From Candidatus Elulimicrobium sp. (lineage in GTDB: Bacteria > Patescibacteriota > Minisyncoccia > Phycocordibacterales > UBA918), in contig DZBU01000003.1 of NCBI GenBank assembly GCA_022730015.1, positions 1 to 62,691 on the forward strand: a stretch of DNA of 62,691 bases. The letters run 5' to 3'. Each line of letters opens with the position of its first letter. Position 1 is the first letter of the stretch. Positions 1 through 8,148 of this stretch are shown piece after piece. The position numbers and the translations under genes were made by a program. The notes beneath the pieces are model-generated. The model searched no databases, was not told the DNA's origin, and saw only the letters and a list, made by a program, of their open reading frames with translations.

Positions 1-50
1 ATGAGGGTATTTTAGCACGTAACGGAGTGGTACTTTGGTTGTGGTGGGTG

Positions 51-87
51 GAAAAGCAGGCGGCCCCGAGGGGGCCGCCTGCTTTTC
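51..87. terminator. Bidirectional intrinsic terminator hairpin
   Basis: Perfect 12-bp GC stem gcaggcggcccc / ggggccgcctgc with a 3-nt loop, flanked by gaaaa and ttttc. It lies just downstream of the minus-strand CDS ending at 111. Confidence 0.8.
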
Positions 88-110
88 ATCTTCTGTCGTT
101 AAGAACGAAC

Positions 111-2021
111 CTAACCTGTCCAAGCAAAGAGCATGATCGAGAAGTCGGTCAAGCTGACCTTGCCATCACGATTGATGTCAGCTGGTGGGTCAGAATCACC
201 GCCGTTACTGTTCCACCAATAGAGCAAAATAGAAAAGTCGATCAAGTTTACCTTTCCGTCGCGATTAAGATCAGCATTGATCGGCACATCAGCCGACTCC
301 CCCACCCCATAAAATGTATATTCTGACCAGTTGGTTGAAACGCCATCAGCTTGAGCAGATTTTGTCCTTATCTGATACGTACCAACTGAAAAACCAGTCG
401 TATCAATGGTCGTTGTCCAAAAGCCAGAAGTATTTGAGGTAACAGTAACGTCCTTTGTGATAGTGGAGCGGAGTTTACCATTCTGAATAGATACTGTTGC
501 ATTCGGAAGTGCGTACCCAGAAACAGTGAGAGTTTGCCCCGGATTCACTGGATCAGGTGAAACCAAGATTGATGGCGCAACGTTCACATTACTGAGAGCT
601 GAAGTGCGTCCGCCAGTCACAGTGAACGAGGTGCTGAAGGTTGACGAGCGTGTTTTATCGGGACCAGAAGCATACACACCAAAGGTATAAACACCCCGAG
701 CAATCTGATCAAGTGTAATCGAGTACGCACCAGTACCACCAGCTTTAGTCGTATCAAAGAATTTTCCATCAACCAAGATACCTACTTCACTACTAGGATA
801 CGCGTATCCCGAAATAACGACTCGCGCATCACCACTTTGATATGGTGCATCAGTACTTTCAAAACCACCACCCGCGGTAGCGCCATCACTACCACCAGAA
901 CCGCCACCGCCACCGCCACCAGAACCGCCAGTACCACTTGAACCACCTTCAAGCGGTTGTTGGCCACTAGATTCACCCGATGTACCACCACTGCCGGCTC
1001 CGGTACCAGTACCATCATTACCACTACCAGTACCGTCACCACTGGTGCTTCCTTCGGAGTTCGCTGTACCAGTTGGTAATTCATTAACCGTAAAAACGAT
1101 CATAAAATCATCAATATTATAGTTCATTTCGTCGTCGATACACCGAACGTAAAATCTCTGGACTGAGTTTGGAATAACCATCACGATAGTAGAATGAAAA
1201 ATGAGTCCTGTATTGGAAAAAGTATTCGGCATGACATTAAAATCAGTTCCTGGCACAGTGTCATATTTACAAATCGAAAACTCATCTGTCTCGAGTGATA
1301 TCTCTACACTCAATGTCGTACCACCAACAGTACTGGTTGGTGTTGGGTTGAAACGATATGGCGGTATTGTTTCCCTTGTATCAACGCTTGGAATATTCAC
1401 TTTTTGATTGAGAAAAATGACAAAATCAGCATTAGCAATCCGAACACCGTCATACACTTCTACCTTTACCTTATGCACTCCGGTAGTATTTGCATTAATG
1501 ATCGGTTCAATATCGCCAGGCGTTGTAGTAGTACCAGTACTAGTGCTGTATGAAGTCACTGGTATGAGTGCTGTCGCAGTATGATTGCCGATCTTTATTT
1601 TGAGACGACTACCGGCAGCAATAGTAAGGTCAGACGCTAGCGTATACCGAATAAGCCCTGGAGAACCAGGCGTTATCTCGACCGCATCAACACCAGGACC
1701 AGCAGTTGCTGCCGCAGTTCGTGGCACACCATTAATTGAAAGTTCTACATTACGTTCTGCAAAGGTAGAAGTAGCAATAATCGTAAAGTCAGCAGGCGGC
1801 GTTATTTCAATGCTACTCCCCGGCGCAGCCGTCGTGTTTAAAATAAATTCAAGAGTATGATTCGATGATTCGTTTGGCCCCGAATCACTCAATGTGTCAC
1901 GATACTCGATCACGTTGATCGCCTCCACAAATAGCGGACGCACAAAAACAATCCCGATGAGTACGATACAAAATACGAACGCAGCCAGTGGCCACATCTT
2001 GTTCGTCGGTATTGTTACCAC
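111..2021 (-). CDS. Large surface protein with an N-terminal anchor or signal, a DTLSDS-type N-domain, beta-rich Ig-like regions, a Gly/Ser/Thr-rich linker and a C-terminal dockerin-type module
   Basis: 636-aa ORF with hydrophobic N-terminus WPLAAFVFCIVLIGIVF and linker GGSGGGGGGGSGGSDG. The C-terminus carries two dockerin-type Ca-binding segments, DLNRDGKVNLIDFSILLYWW and DINRDGKVSLTDFSIMLFAW. A terminator follows. Confidence 0.75.
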   Translation of the reverse strand: MVTIPTNKMWPLAAFVFCIVLIGIVFVRPLFVEAINVIEYRDTLSDSGPNESSNHTLEFILNTTAAPGSSIEITPPADFTIIATSTFAERNVELSINGVPRTAAATAGPGVDAVEITPGSPGLIRYTLASDLTIAAGSRLKIKIGNHTATALIPVTSYSTSTGTTTTPGDIEPIINANTTGVHKVKVEVYDGVRIANADFVIFLNQKVNIPSVDTRETIPPYRFNPTPTSTVGGTTLSVEISLETDEFSICKYDTVPGTDFNVMPNTFSNTGLIFHSTIVMVIPNSVQRFYVRCIDDEMNYNIDDFMIVFTVNELPTGTANSEGSTSGDGTGSGNDGTGTGAGSGGTSGESSGQQPLEGGSSGTGGSGGGGGGGSGGSDGATAGGGFESTDAPYQSGDARVVISGYAYPSSEVGILVDGKFFDTTKAGGTGAYSITLDQIARGVYTFGVYASGPDKTRSSTFSTSFTVTGGRTSALSNVNVAPSILVSPDPVNPGQTLTVSGYALPNATVSIQNGKLRSTITKDVTVTSNTSGFWTTTIDTTGFSVGTYQIRTKSAQADGVSTNWSEYTFYGVGESADVPINADLNRDGKVNLIDFSILLYWWNSNGGDSDPPADINRDGKVSLTDFSIMLFAWTG

Positions 2022-2061
2022 GTTATTATTGTACCCTGCCGCATTAGCGATTTTGGTGAAA

Positions 2062-2472
2062 TTACACAGGTCGTACTGCTTGTTGTTCGCGAGAACGGAG
2101 GTAATCGAGCGTGTAGTTAAGCACGATCAAAATAAGTAAGATGAACAGAACACTTGCCATAAGATACGTGCTAGTATCGGTACCACTTGAACCATTTGAG
2201 AGATCGACGGTAATCTCCCGTTCTTTCAGCGCTGCCTCACGTGCCGCCAGTTCGCGCTCTTTCTTGGTTAATTCTGCGGTTAGCATATTGAGCTCTGTCG
2301 GCTGCACCGATGCAGACATCCCGACAACATTGGCGAGATACTGATGAGTACCATCAGCAACTTGTTTACTTGATTCGCTCACTAAACCACTTTCAAACAA
2401 TAGCACCACCGCACAAACCACCACTGCCACACGCAGACTTCGGTGATACGTACTTTCAGCCAAGGATTTCAT
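2062..2472 (-). CDS. Small membrane protein with N- and C-terminal TM segments and a central coiled coil; function unknown
   Basis: 136-aa ORF with TM stretches VAVVVCAVVLLF and LMASVLFILLILIVL and a heptad-like segment LTAELTKKERELAAREAALKERE. It is packed between neighbouring surface-protein genes. Confidence 0.5.
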   Translation of the reverse strand: MKSLAESTYHRSLRVAVVVCAVVLLFESGLVSESSKQVADGTHQYLANVVGMSASVQPTELNMLTAELTKKERELAAREAALKEREITVDLSNGSSGTDTSTYLMASVLFILLILIVLNYTLDYLRSREQQAVRPV

Positions 2473-2487
2473 ACCAGTATTCTACCA

Positions 2488-3579
2488 TCAGGCAAACAGA
2501 GCCAAAAGGACGATGAGGAACAGGGCTGTCACAGTGAGAGTGACCACCATCACCAGCAAGACTGCTGAAGAATTACCTCGACGTCGACGATAGATGACCC
2601 GCCGACCATGACTGATGTGAGCCAAAGACCGACGGATATAGAGTCGAACGAAGACAAAAACTACTAAAATGATTAGCGCGAATATTGCCAAAGCGGGACC
2701 GATTATGTTCATTGGGAGAACCCAAAACGTAACCGTACTCGACATAGTCTTCTTGGCACCCATATCGCCATAGACCGGACTGATCACTGCCTCGTAGCGG
2801 CCAAAACCAATTGAATCACCTTGCCATTTTATATCAGTGTACTCACGAGTATCGCCAGGAAAAACAGCATACTGTTCTTCATTGAAAACCAAATCACCAA
2901 CCTTGTTACCAAGCATGTTATAGATCTCAAGTGGTCCCATTGGTCGAACGAGCACATTACCCTTGTTTTCTATGCGCACCTCAAAATCAACATTTTGCGA
3001 ACCGTACAAAAACTTTGATGTCGAAAACTGACGAATGTTTGCATCCTCTACCGCATCACCAGATACACGAATACTAACAATGTTGGCAACCTGGTAACCG
3101 ACCGCCGCACCACTCTTCTCGATCTCTGGCGGATCAACTGAAATGAAAATACCACCAAAGTGACTGCCTGGTGAAGCTACCTCAGGTACGCGAATGCTGA
3201 AATCAACGGTCGCTTGTCCGCCAGCAGGAATGGTCACCTCAGAAAACGGCAGCTCGATCCACTCGGCCAGCTCATAGCCCGTTCGCTCATTATTATCAGT
3301 CGCAAAGATCGGCACCCCACCATCACGCACACCCTTAATGTTTCGGGTAAAGAGATAATATATTTGCTCTGATTGGTTGAGGTTTTCAATACTGACACTA
3401 TAACGCTTCTCCACACCTGGATCGAGCGTTTCCTCGATCGTTGCAGGTTTAATACTTACTCCAGCCTGCTGCGCTTGTGCAAGCGTCGGTGCGCTGATCA
3501 CTAAGAACAAAAGAGTGACTATTGTCAAAAAAATCGTAGGGACATACTGCAAAAAAGTGACAAGGCGTGATGACGGCAT
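2488..3579 (-). CDS. Cell-surface protein with a DUF916/DUF3324 (CscA-type)-like layout (tentative)
   Basis: 363-aa ORF with signal peptide ...APTLAQAQQ and two beta-rich halves (SIKPATIEETLDPGVEKRYSVSIENLN..., VDFEVRIENKGNVLVRPMGPLEIYN...). It ends in C-terminal TM segments separated by the Arg-rich stretch RRVIYRRRRG. The family call is from pattern memory only. Confidence 0.5.
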   Translation of the reverse strand: MPSSRLVTFLQYVPTIFLTIVTLLFLVISAPTLAQAQQAGVSIKPATIEETLDPGVEKRYSVSIENLNQSEQIYYLFTRNIKGVRDGGVPIFATDNNERTGYELAEWIELPFSEVTIPAGGQATVDFSIRVPEVASPGSHFGGIFISVDPPEIEKSGAAVGYQVANIVSIRVSGDAVEDANIRQFSTSKFLYGSQNVDFEVRIENKGNVLVRPMGPLEIYNMLGNKVGDLVFNEEQYAVFPGDTREYTDIKWQGDSIGFGRYEAVISPVYGDMGAKKTMSSTVTFWVLPMNIIGPALAIFALIILVVFVFVRLYIRRSLAHISHGRRVIYRRRRGNSSAVLLVMVVTLTVTALFLIVLLALFA

Positions 3580-3678
3580 AGAGTACTAAAAATAGCGACT
3601 AGGATGATAACCATCATATGATATCACTCTGATAGTTATCTTGATCCTACTTGTATACAGTCTTAAATGTACAACAAA

Positions 3679-3706
3679 CAAAAAACCTCCCGAAGGAGGT
3701 TTTTTG
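3679..3706. terminator. Intrinsic terminator hairpin after the 361-aa surface-protein gene
   Basis: aaaaacctcc-cgaa-ggaggttttt, with A-run and T-run on either side, 18 nt downstream of the stop at 3724. Confidence 0.8.
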
Positions 3707-3723
3707 TTTTATCAGCGTAGGAC

Positions 3724-4809
3724 TTAGAAGGTTGGAGTGGCGATGTATGTCAACGTAGTGTTGTAGTCATCGGCAGCTTCCTGGAGGGGTGTGATCTGTA
3801 CTTGGTACAGAACTTCTACCTCTCCAACATCTTGTGTCGTTCCATCGGCTGAACCATTGTGCGTGAAAACTACACGAGGAGAGGTTGAAGCAGCCATGAA
3901 TTCATTGGCACCGAATGGTGACGCAAGGTTTGAGTCGTTGGTAGTAAGACCCCAGTGACCCCAAGTGGCTTCATTGTTGATGTTATTCGAAGGTGCGTTC
4001 CAAGCTGTACCTGGTACGGCAACATCTGAACCATCGTCGAAATTGTCAATGATAGCGCCAGTAGCTGATTCGAGGTTTCCATCGCTTTCGACAGTTACTA
4101 CGAATCCGTTACGAGCGTTGGTTGTGACTGTGAGTCTTTGACCAAGCGACTTGATCTGGCCAGCGGTCAAAACTCCGAACGGAATTAGTTGATCTGTAGT
4201 TGAACCAGTTGTAGAAGTTCCATTGACTGCTGTTGAAGTTGCCAATCCTGCAATAGCAAAGTCAAAGCTTGTTGGAACTATCGCGGTCACCAGCACATTG
4301 TTGATGATAGCTACTCGTGTCTTACCAATGTCGGCAGGAGTAGTAATGACGATCTCTGTAGAGCCAGTTGCATTTGGGTTGGTAATTTTTCCATCAGCGA
4401 TCGCGACTACTACTTCTTGACCAGCAGTTGCATCTGTATTAAGTGAGACGGTCAACACTTGACCAACTGCACTGAACGTGTCAACTGTTGCTGCTCCTGC
4501 ATTTACTGTTGCAGTCAGGTCCCCGCTCACCACGGTTGCTACACCGGTGAAACCACTTCCGAGATCAGTCGGAAAAGTGATTGTAAAACTACTAGTTGAT
4601 GCCAGTGATGATCCGGCAGGAATTGTGAAAGCGATTGTATGTGCTGAAGTGACACTAAGGTCAGAGTCAGACAATGTATCACTAACGAAGGTGAGGTTAG
4701 CTGCTTGTGCTGTGTTGTAGAGGCCGATTGACCACAGTACCACTGCACTTGCAACAAGTGTCGCGACCACCCGTTGCGCAAAGCCAACATTTGTTGTTTT
4801 TGCGAACAT
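3724..4809 (-). CDS. Secreted beta-rich protein whose N-domain is paralogous to the 636-aa protein and whose C-terminal half is WxL-domain-like (tentative)
   Basis: 361-aa ORF with signal peptide ending NTAQA. The N-terminal motif VSDTLSDSDLSVTSAHTIAFTI matches YRDTLSDSGPNESSNHTLEFIL in ORF 111-2021. The C-half (SFDFAIAG, IPFGVLTAGQ, TVTTNARNGFVVTV, ATWGHWGL, YNTTLTYIATPTF at the end) follows the WxL-domain pattern. Confidence 0.6.
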   Translation of the reverse strand: MFAKTTNVGFAQRVVATLVASAVVLWSIGLYNTAQAANLTFVSDTLSDSDLSVTSAHTIAFTIPAGSSLASTSSFTITFPTDLGSGFTGVATVVSGDLTATVNAGAATVDTFSAVGQVLTVSLNTDATAGQEVVVAIADGKITNPNATGSTEIVITTPADIGKTRVAIINNVLVTAIVPTSFDFAIAGLATSTAVNGTSTTGSTTDQLIPFGVLTAGQIKSLGQRLTVTTNARNGFVVTVESDGNLESATGAIIDNFDDGSDVAVPGTAWNAPSNNINNEATWGHWGLTTNDSNLASPFGANEFMAASTSPRVVFTHNGSADGTTQDVGEVEVLYQVQITPLQEAADDYNTTLTYIATPTF

Positions 4810-5097
4810 GTTTATTGATATTTTATTTTAAATAACTGCTCCTTCGCGCGTTGTACAAACGGGAAGTATTTCGGTCGCAGTTTCTGTGGAGAAGATAAGA
4901 GATCTCATGTATGTAAGAAAATCTCAGCCTGTATGAAATACTTATCACTGCAACCGAACTCCTTACAGTATACTAAGTCTTTTTGATACCGTCCTTAACG
5001 CTGCTGTTGATAACCTTTTTGACATGACCTTTGTTCCTTTAGAAAAGTGTTTCGTCTAGCCTTTTTATCATTTGAAATCAGACATGTTGGAAAAAGT

Positions 5098-5128
5098 AAG
5101 TAAAGTACAAATGTCGATTACTTTACTT
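5098..5128 (-). terminator. Terminator hairpin overlapping the umuC stop codon
   Basis: aagtaaagta / tactttactt 10-bp inverted repeat; on the minus strand it is followed by a T-rich run (ttacttttt). Confidence 0.55.
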
Positions 5129-6373
5129 TGCGTTTACTGTAACGATCTCACGCCACCGTGTCGTATACGCTGGAGAACACACCTCAGCCAGAGCTTGCCA
5201 CTTGTGCGTAGAGAGACGACTACCAATCAGTAACACCTCTTTCCCCTCCCGTTTATTGAGCCTATCTACAACCGCTAGTATCGAGTTATGTCGCCCCAGT
5301 TCAGCTTGATCAAACAGCGATTGCTCTCCACCACCTGCGGGAATAAGCCCAGATAAAACAACACCCGCTTTTTTATAGGGCACACCGGCTTCATATAACT
5401 CAAAAAGTATATTCTTTGCCACCTCGAGTAGAACAAAAGTATCGTCGGTCGGTACTGCTAATACTACCTCTTTGGTGCCGCCACGTAAGATAAAATCACC
5501 GTGTCGATTGGGTCGAATCGTGACGGTAAGACGAGCTGCAAGCTGTGCCTGGGCTCGTAGATCAGCCGCGGCGTGACGGATGTGATATGAGACAGCATCA
5601 GCTAAAACAGAACGTTCTGTGGTGGTTTTTGGAAACGAGCGAGAGCTCATGACGCTTCGTTGTGGATCATGTTTTTGCTGCAAAGAAAGGACCGATATTC
5701 CAGCGAGTTCCTGCTGCAGACGCCATCCACCAATACCAAAAAGTTTTGTGACCCGAGCCGGATCGGCCTGAAGCAGGTCAGCTACAGACTGCAGACCATG
5801 CTGTTTGTACCGGAGCTCCGACTTGCCACCCACTCCCCAGATCTGCGCGAGGGGAACTTTTTTGGCCCTTTCACGCCAGATCACCGTATCAAGGACATGA
5901 ATTCCAGCACTCTTTTTGGCCCGATCATTCGCTACTTTTGCCAGCGTTTTGGTCGGTGCTACCCCTACTGAAACTGGAATACCAACCGCCTTTTCCACCG
6001 CAAGTTTTACTCGGAAAGCAACCTCTAACGGCTCACCTTCTATCCTGAAAAACGCTTCATCGATCGAGTATTGCTCAACGACTTCGAGCTCAGAACGCAT
6101 CACTGAGAACACCCGTCTGGAGAGATCTCGATACAGTGCAAAATGTGAAGAAAACACTGTAATATCGTGCTTTTGTATAATGTCCTTTATCTGAAAATAA
6201 GGGACACCCATAGAGACACCAATGTCCTTTACTTCTTGGGATCGGGCGACGACACACCCATCGTTACTAGAAAGCACCAGTACTGGTTTACCTATAAGAT
6301 CAGGACGAAACAGCCGCTCACACGAGACAAAGAAATTGTTGCAATCAAGGAGGCCAATGAGTGGCGGTGTCAT
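5123..6373 (-). CDS. umuC: Y-family translesion DNA polymerase, UmuC-like
   Basis: 416 aa. The N-terminus LLDCNNFFVSCERLFRPDLIGKPVLVLSSNDGCVVARSQEVKDIGVSMGVPYF is near-collinear with E. coli UmuC (DVNAFYASCE...VVVLSNNDGCVIAR). Confidence 0.9.
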   Translation of the reverse strand: MTPPLIGLLDCNNFFVSCERLFRPDLIGKPVLVLSSNDGCVVARSQEVKDIGVSMGVPYFQIKDIIQKHDITVFSSHFALYRDLSRRVFSVMRSELEVVEQYSIDEAFFRIEGEPLEVAFRVKLAVEKAVGIPVSVGVAPTKTLAKVANDRAKKSAGIHVLDTVIWRERAKKVPLAQIWGVGGKSELRYKQHGLQSVADLLQADPARVTKLFGIGGWRLQQELAGISVLSLQQKHDPQRSVMSSRSFPKTTTERSVLADAVSYHIRHAAADLRAQAQLAARLTVTIRPNRHGDFILRGGTKEVVLAVPTDDTFVLLEVAKNILFELYEAGVPYKKAGVVLSGLIPAGGGEQSLFDQAELGRHNSILAVVDRLNKREGKEVLLIGSRLSTHKWQALAEVCSPAYTTRWREIVTVNAK

Positions 6374-6379
6374 GTAAGT

Positions 6380-6385
6380 AGTATA
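6380..6385 (-). promoter_or_regulatory. Candidate -10 box (TATACT) 6 nt upstream of the umuC ATG, implying a possible leaderless transcript
   Basis: The minus strand reads ...ccggttttgc TATACT acttac ATG. No Shine-Dalgarno sequence fits in the 6-nt gap, and I saw no convincing -35. Confidence 0.3.
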
Positions 6386-6387
6386 GC

Positions 6388-6420
6388 AAAACCGGCGCGC
6401 CCAAAGGGCGCGCCGGTTTT
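6388..6420 (-). terminator. Strong GC hairpin terminator between the GH18-like gene and umuC
   Basis: ccggcgcgccc-aaa-gggcgcgccgg, an 11-bp perfect stem flanked by A and T runs. The minus-strand T-run ends about 15 nt before the umuC ATG. Confidence 0.75.
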
Positions 6421-6427
6421 GTGTTAA

Positions 6428-7657
6428 CTAGAACAATTTCCAAATGGCAGAATCCTCTTCCCCATCAACTTTGAAGATAGCTGTACCCCGTAGACCATAT
6501 TTCTCTACCAGATCCACCTTCTCTCCCACCGCCTCTGCATCGCTCCAGGTCACAAAACGTACTGGTATCTCGGTCTTAGCCTGTGTCGCAACAACCAATG
6601 CTTTGGCAGTAGCTTCATATCCTTTTGGTGTACCCTTAGGAGTTGGTAGTTGATTCAGTATTTTCCAAACTGAATCTTCGGGAAAATAGCTGATCACCGC
6701 TTCTCCACCAGCACTACGTCCAATCGGTGATTTATATTTCTTAGCAAGCTCCTGAATGCGTGGATCATTGAGTGATGCTACTTGCTTATAATCACGATAC
6801 CAATCTGGTGCCACGGTTATGTCCCAGGCTCGACCATAAGTAGCCACCCCCAGCATAACCTTATCAGCATCAAATTCTTCCAGTGCGAGATCAAGTACCT
6901 TTTCTACCCATTCAACATCTGCTACTGGCATGTATGGTACACCCCGACGTTCTTCATTGAGTTTCAAATCAGCACGCTGTTGATCGTACGCCATGATCTC
7001 TACCCAGTCACAATACTTATTCATGGCTTTGTAATCATTGGCATACTCAATCACTTTTGGAACCTCCTTGAAGCGGGAATCAGGCGGAGTTCGAGCTTCT
7101 ACCGTGCAAGATAAATCACGTTTTCCAAGTGCTGCATTGAGTTCTTTCAGAAACAACGAGAAATCATCTTTGGTTTCGCCCAACTTTGCTTCGTAATCAA
7201 TATTTACTCCAGAAAAATTATTTTGTTTGACCATTTTTACGATTTCCTCGACGTGCTTTTTACGAGCGTTTTTGTCGCTAAGTACCGTATGAATTGCCTC
7301 ACCATCGAACCACATCACACTCGGCATGATTTCTACTCGTCCAGTTTTTGCCTTGGCGAAAAGATCTTCCCAGTGTTCATCATCAAAATCAGTCCGATTC
7401 TTAAGGGTACCGTCCACATTTACCTCAAAGGCAAACGGGTAGATCGTGTCTAGTTTTTTGATATTTTTAAGCGCACTTTCTGCTCCCGCTTCGGCACTCC
7501 ACCAAGGTATCCACGCCGCCACCTGTTGGCTCGCACCGTGCGCCACGGCTGGTACCAGTAAAAAGCCCAATAATAAGAACCCTACATAGAGCTGTAAGGC
7601 TAAATTTTGAAGATAATTTCCTTGTGTCATACGTACGTAGACGTGAGAAAGGGGCAC
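6428..7657 (-). CDS. Membrane-anchored glycoside hydrolase family 18-like protein (chitinase/YaaH-like fold)
   Basis: 409 aa with an N-terminal TM segment (LYVGFLLLGFLLVPAVA). FSGVNIDYEA matches the GH18 D-x-x-D-x-D-x-E catalytic-strand region. The start codon lies 3 nt after the umuD-like stop; an alternative start is Met10. Confidence 0.65.
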   Translation of the reverse strand: MPLSHVYVRMTQGNYLQNLALQLYVGFLLLGFLLVPAVAHGASQQVAAWIPWWSAEAGAESALKNIKKLDTIYPFAFEVNVDGTLKNRTDFDDEHWEDLFAKAKTGRVEIMPSVMWFDGEAIHTVLSDKNARKKHVEEIVKMVKQNNFSGVNIDYEAKLGETKDDFSLFLKELNAALGKRDLSCTVEARTPPDSRFKEVPKVIEYANDYKAMNKYCDWVEIMAYDQQRADLKLNEERRGVPYMPVADVEWVEKVLDLALEEFDADKVMLGVATYGRAWDITVAPDWYRDYKQVASLNDPRIQELAKKYKSPIGRSAGGEAVISYFPEDSVWKILNQLPTPKGTPKGYEATAKALVVATQAKTEIPVRFVTWSDAEAVGEKVDLVEKYGLRGTAIFKVDGEEDSAIWKLF

Positions 7658-7660
7658 ATC

Positions 7661-8104
7661 TTACGTCAGCACTCGAGCTGAGCCGACAACTACCCCCCAA
7701 ACAAAACAATCGTCACTATCATTGATCTCAATCGGTTCATACTGCTCATTCTCGGAGACTAGTTGCAAACTAGTAGCAGTCTTTTTAAGGCGTTTTACGA
7801 CCAATTCTCCATACACCGCTGCCACCACAATCATTCCTGAAGCTGGTTCAATTGAACGGTCGACCACTAGAATATCTCCATTAAAAATGCGTGCCCCTTC
7901 CATCGAATCGCCAGAAACACGGACGAAAAAAGTAGCCGTCGGGTTTTCAATCAACAGATCATTGAGATCAAGCGGTTCTTCAACCAGATCATCCCCCGGA
8001 GCTGGAAAACCAGCTGCTGGTTGAGCGCTATATAATATATGCTCACCAATTTTTTCTGTAGAGGCAGGGGAGACGGCTGTCGCAATCAGCTTGGCTTGTT
8101 TCAT
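7661..8104 (-). CDS. umuD: UmuD-like S24 self-cleaving peptidase, with no DNA-binding HTH domain
   Basis: I moved the start to the internal Met (MKQAKLIATA...) to avoid overlap with the upstream CDS. Motifs: AAG-FPAPGDD cleavage-site region, SGDSM (Ser nucleophile) and VVKRL (Lys). Confidence 0.8.
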   Translation of the reverse strand: MKQAKLIATAVSPASTEKIGEHILYSAQPAAGFPAPGDDLVEEPLDLNDLLIENPTATFFVRVSGDSMEGARIFNGDILVVDRSIEPASGMIVVAAVYGELVVKRLKKTATSLQLVSENEQYEPIEINDSDDCFVWGVVVGSARVLT

Positions 8105-8148
8105 CTGTTCAGTATACGCGGCGATAGCAGTACTGCAATAATGACTCT

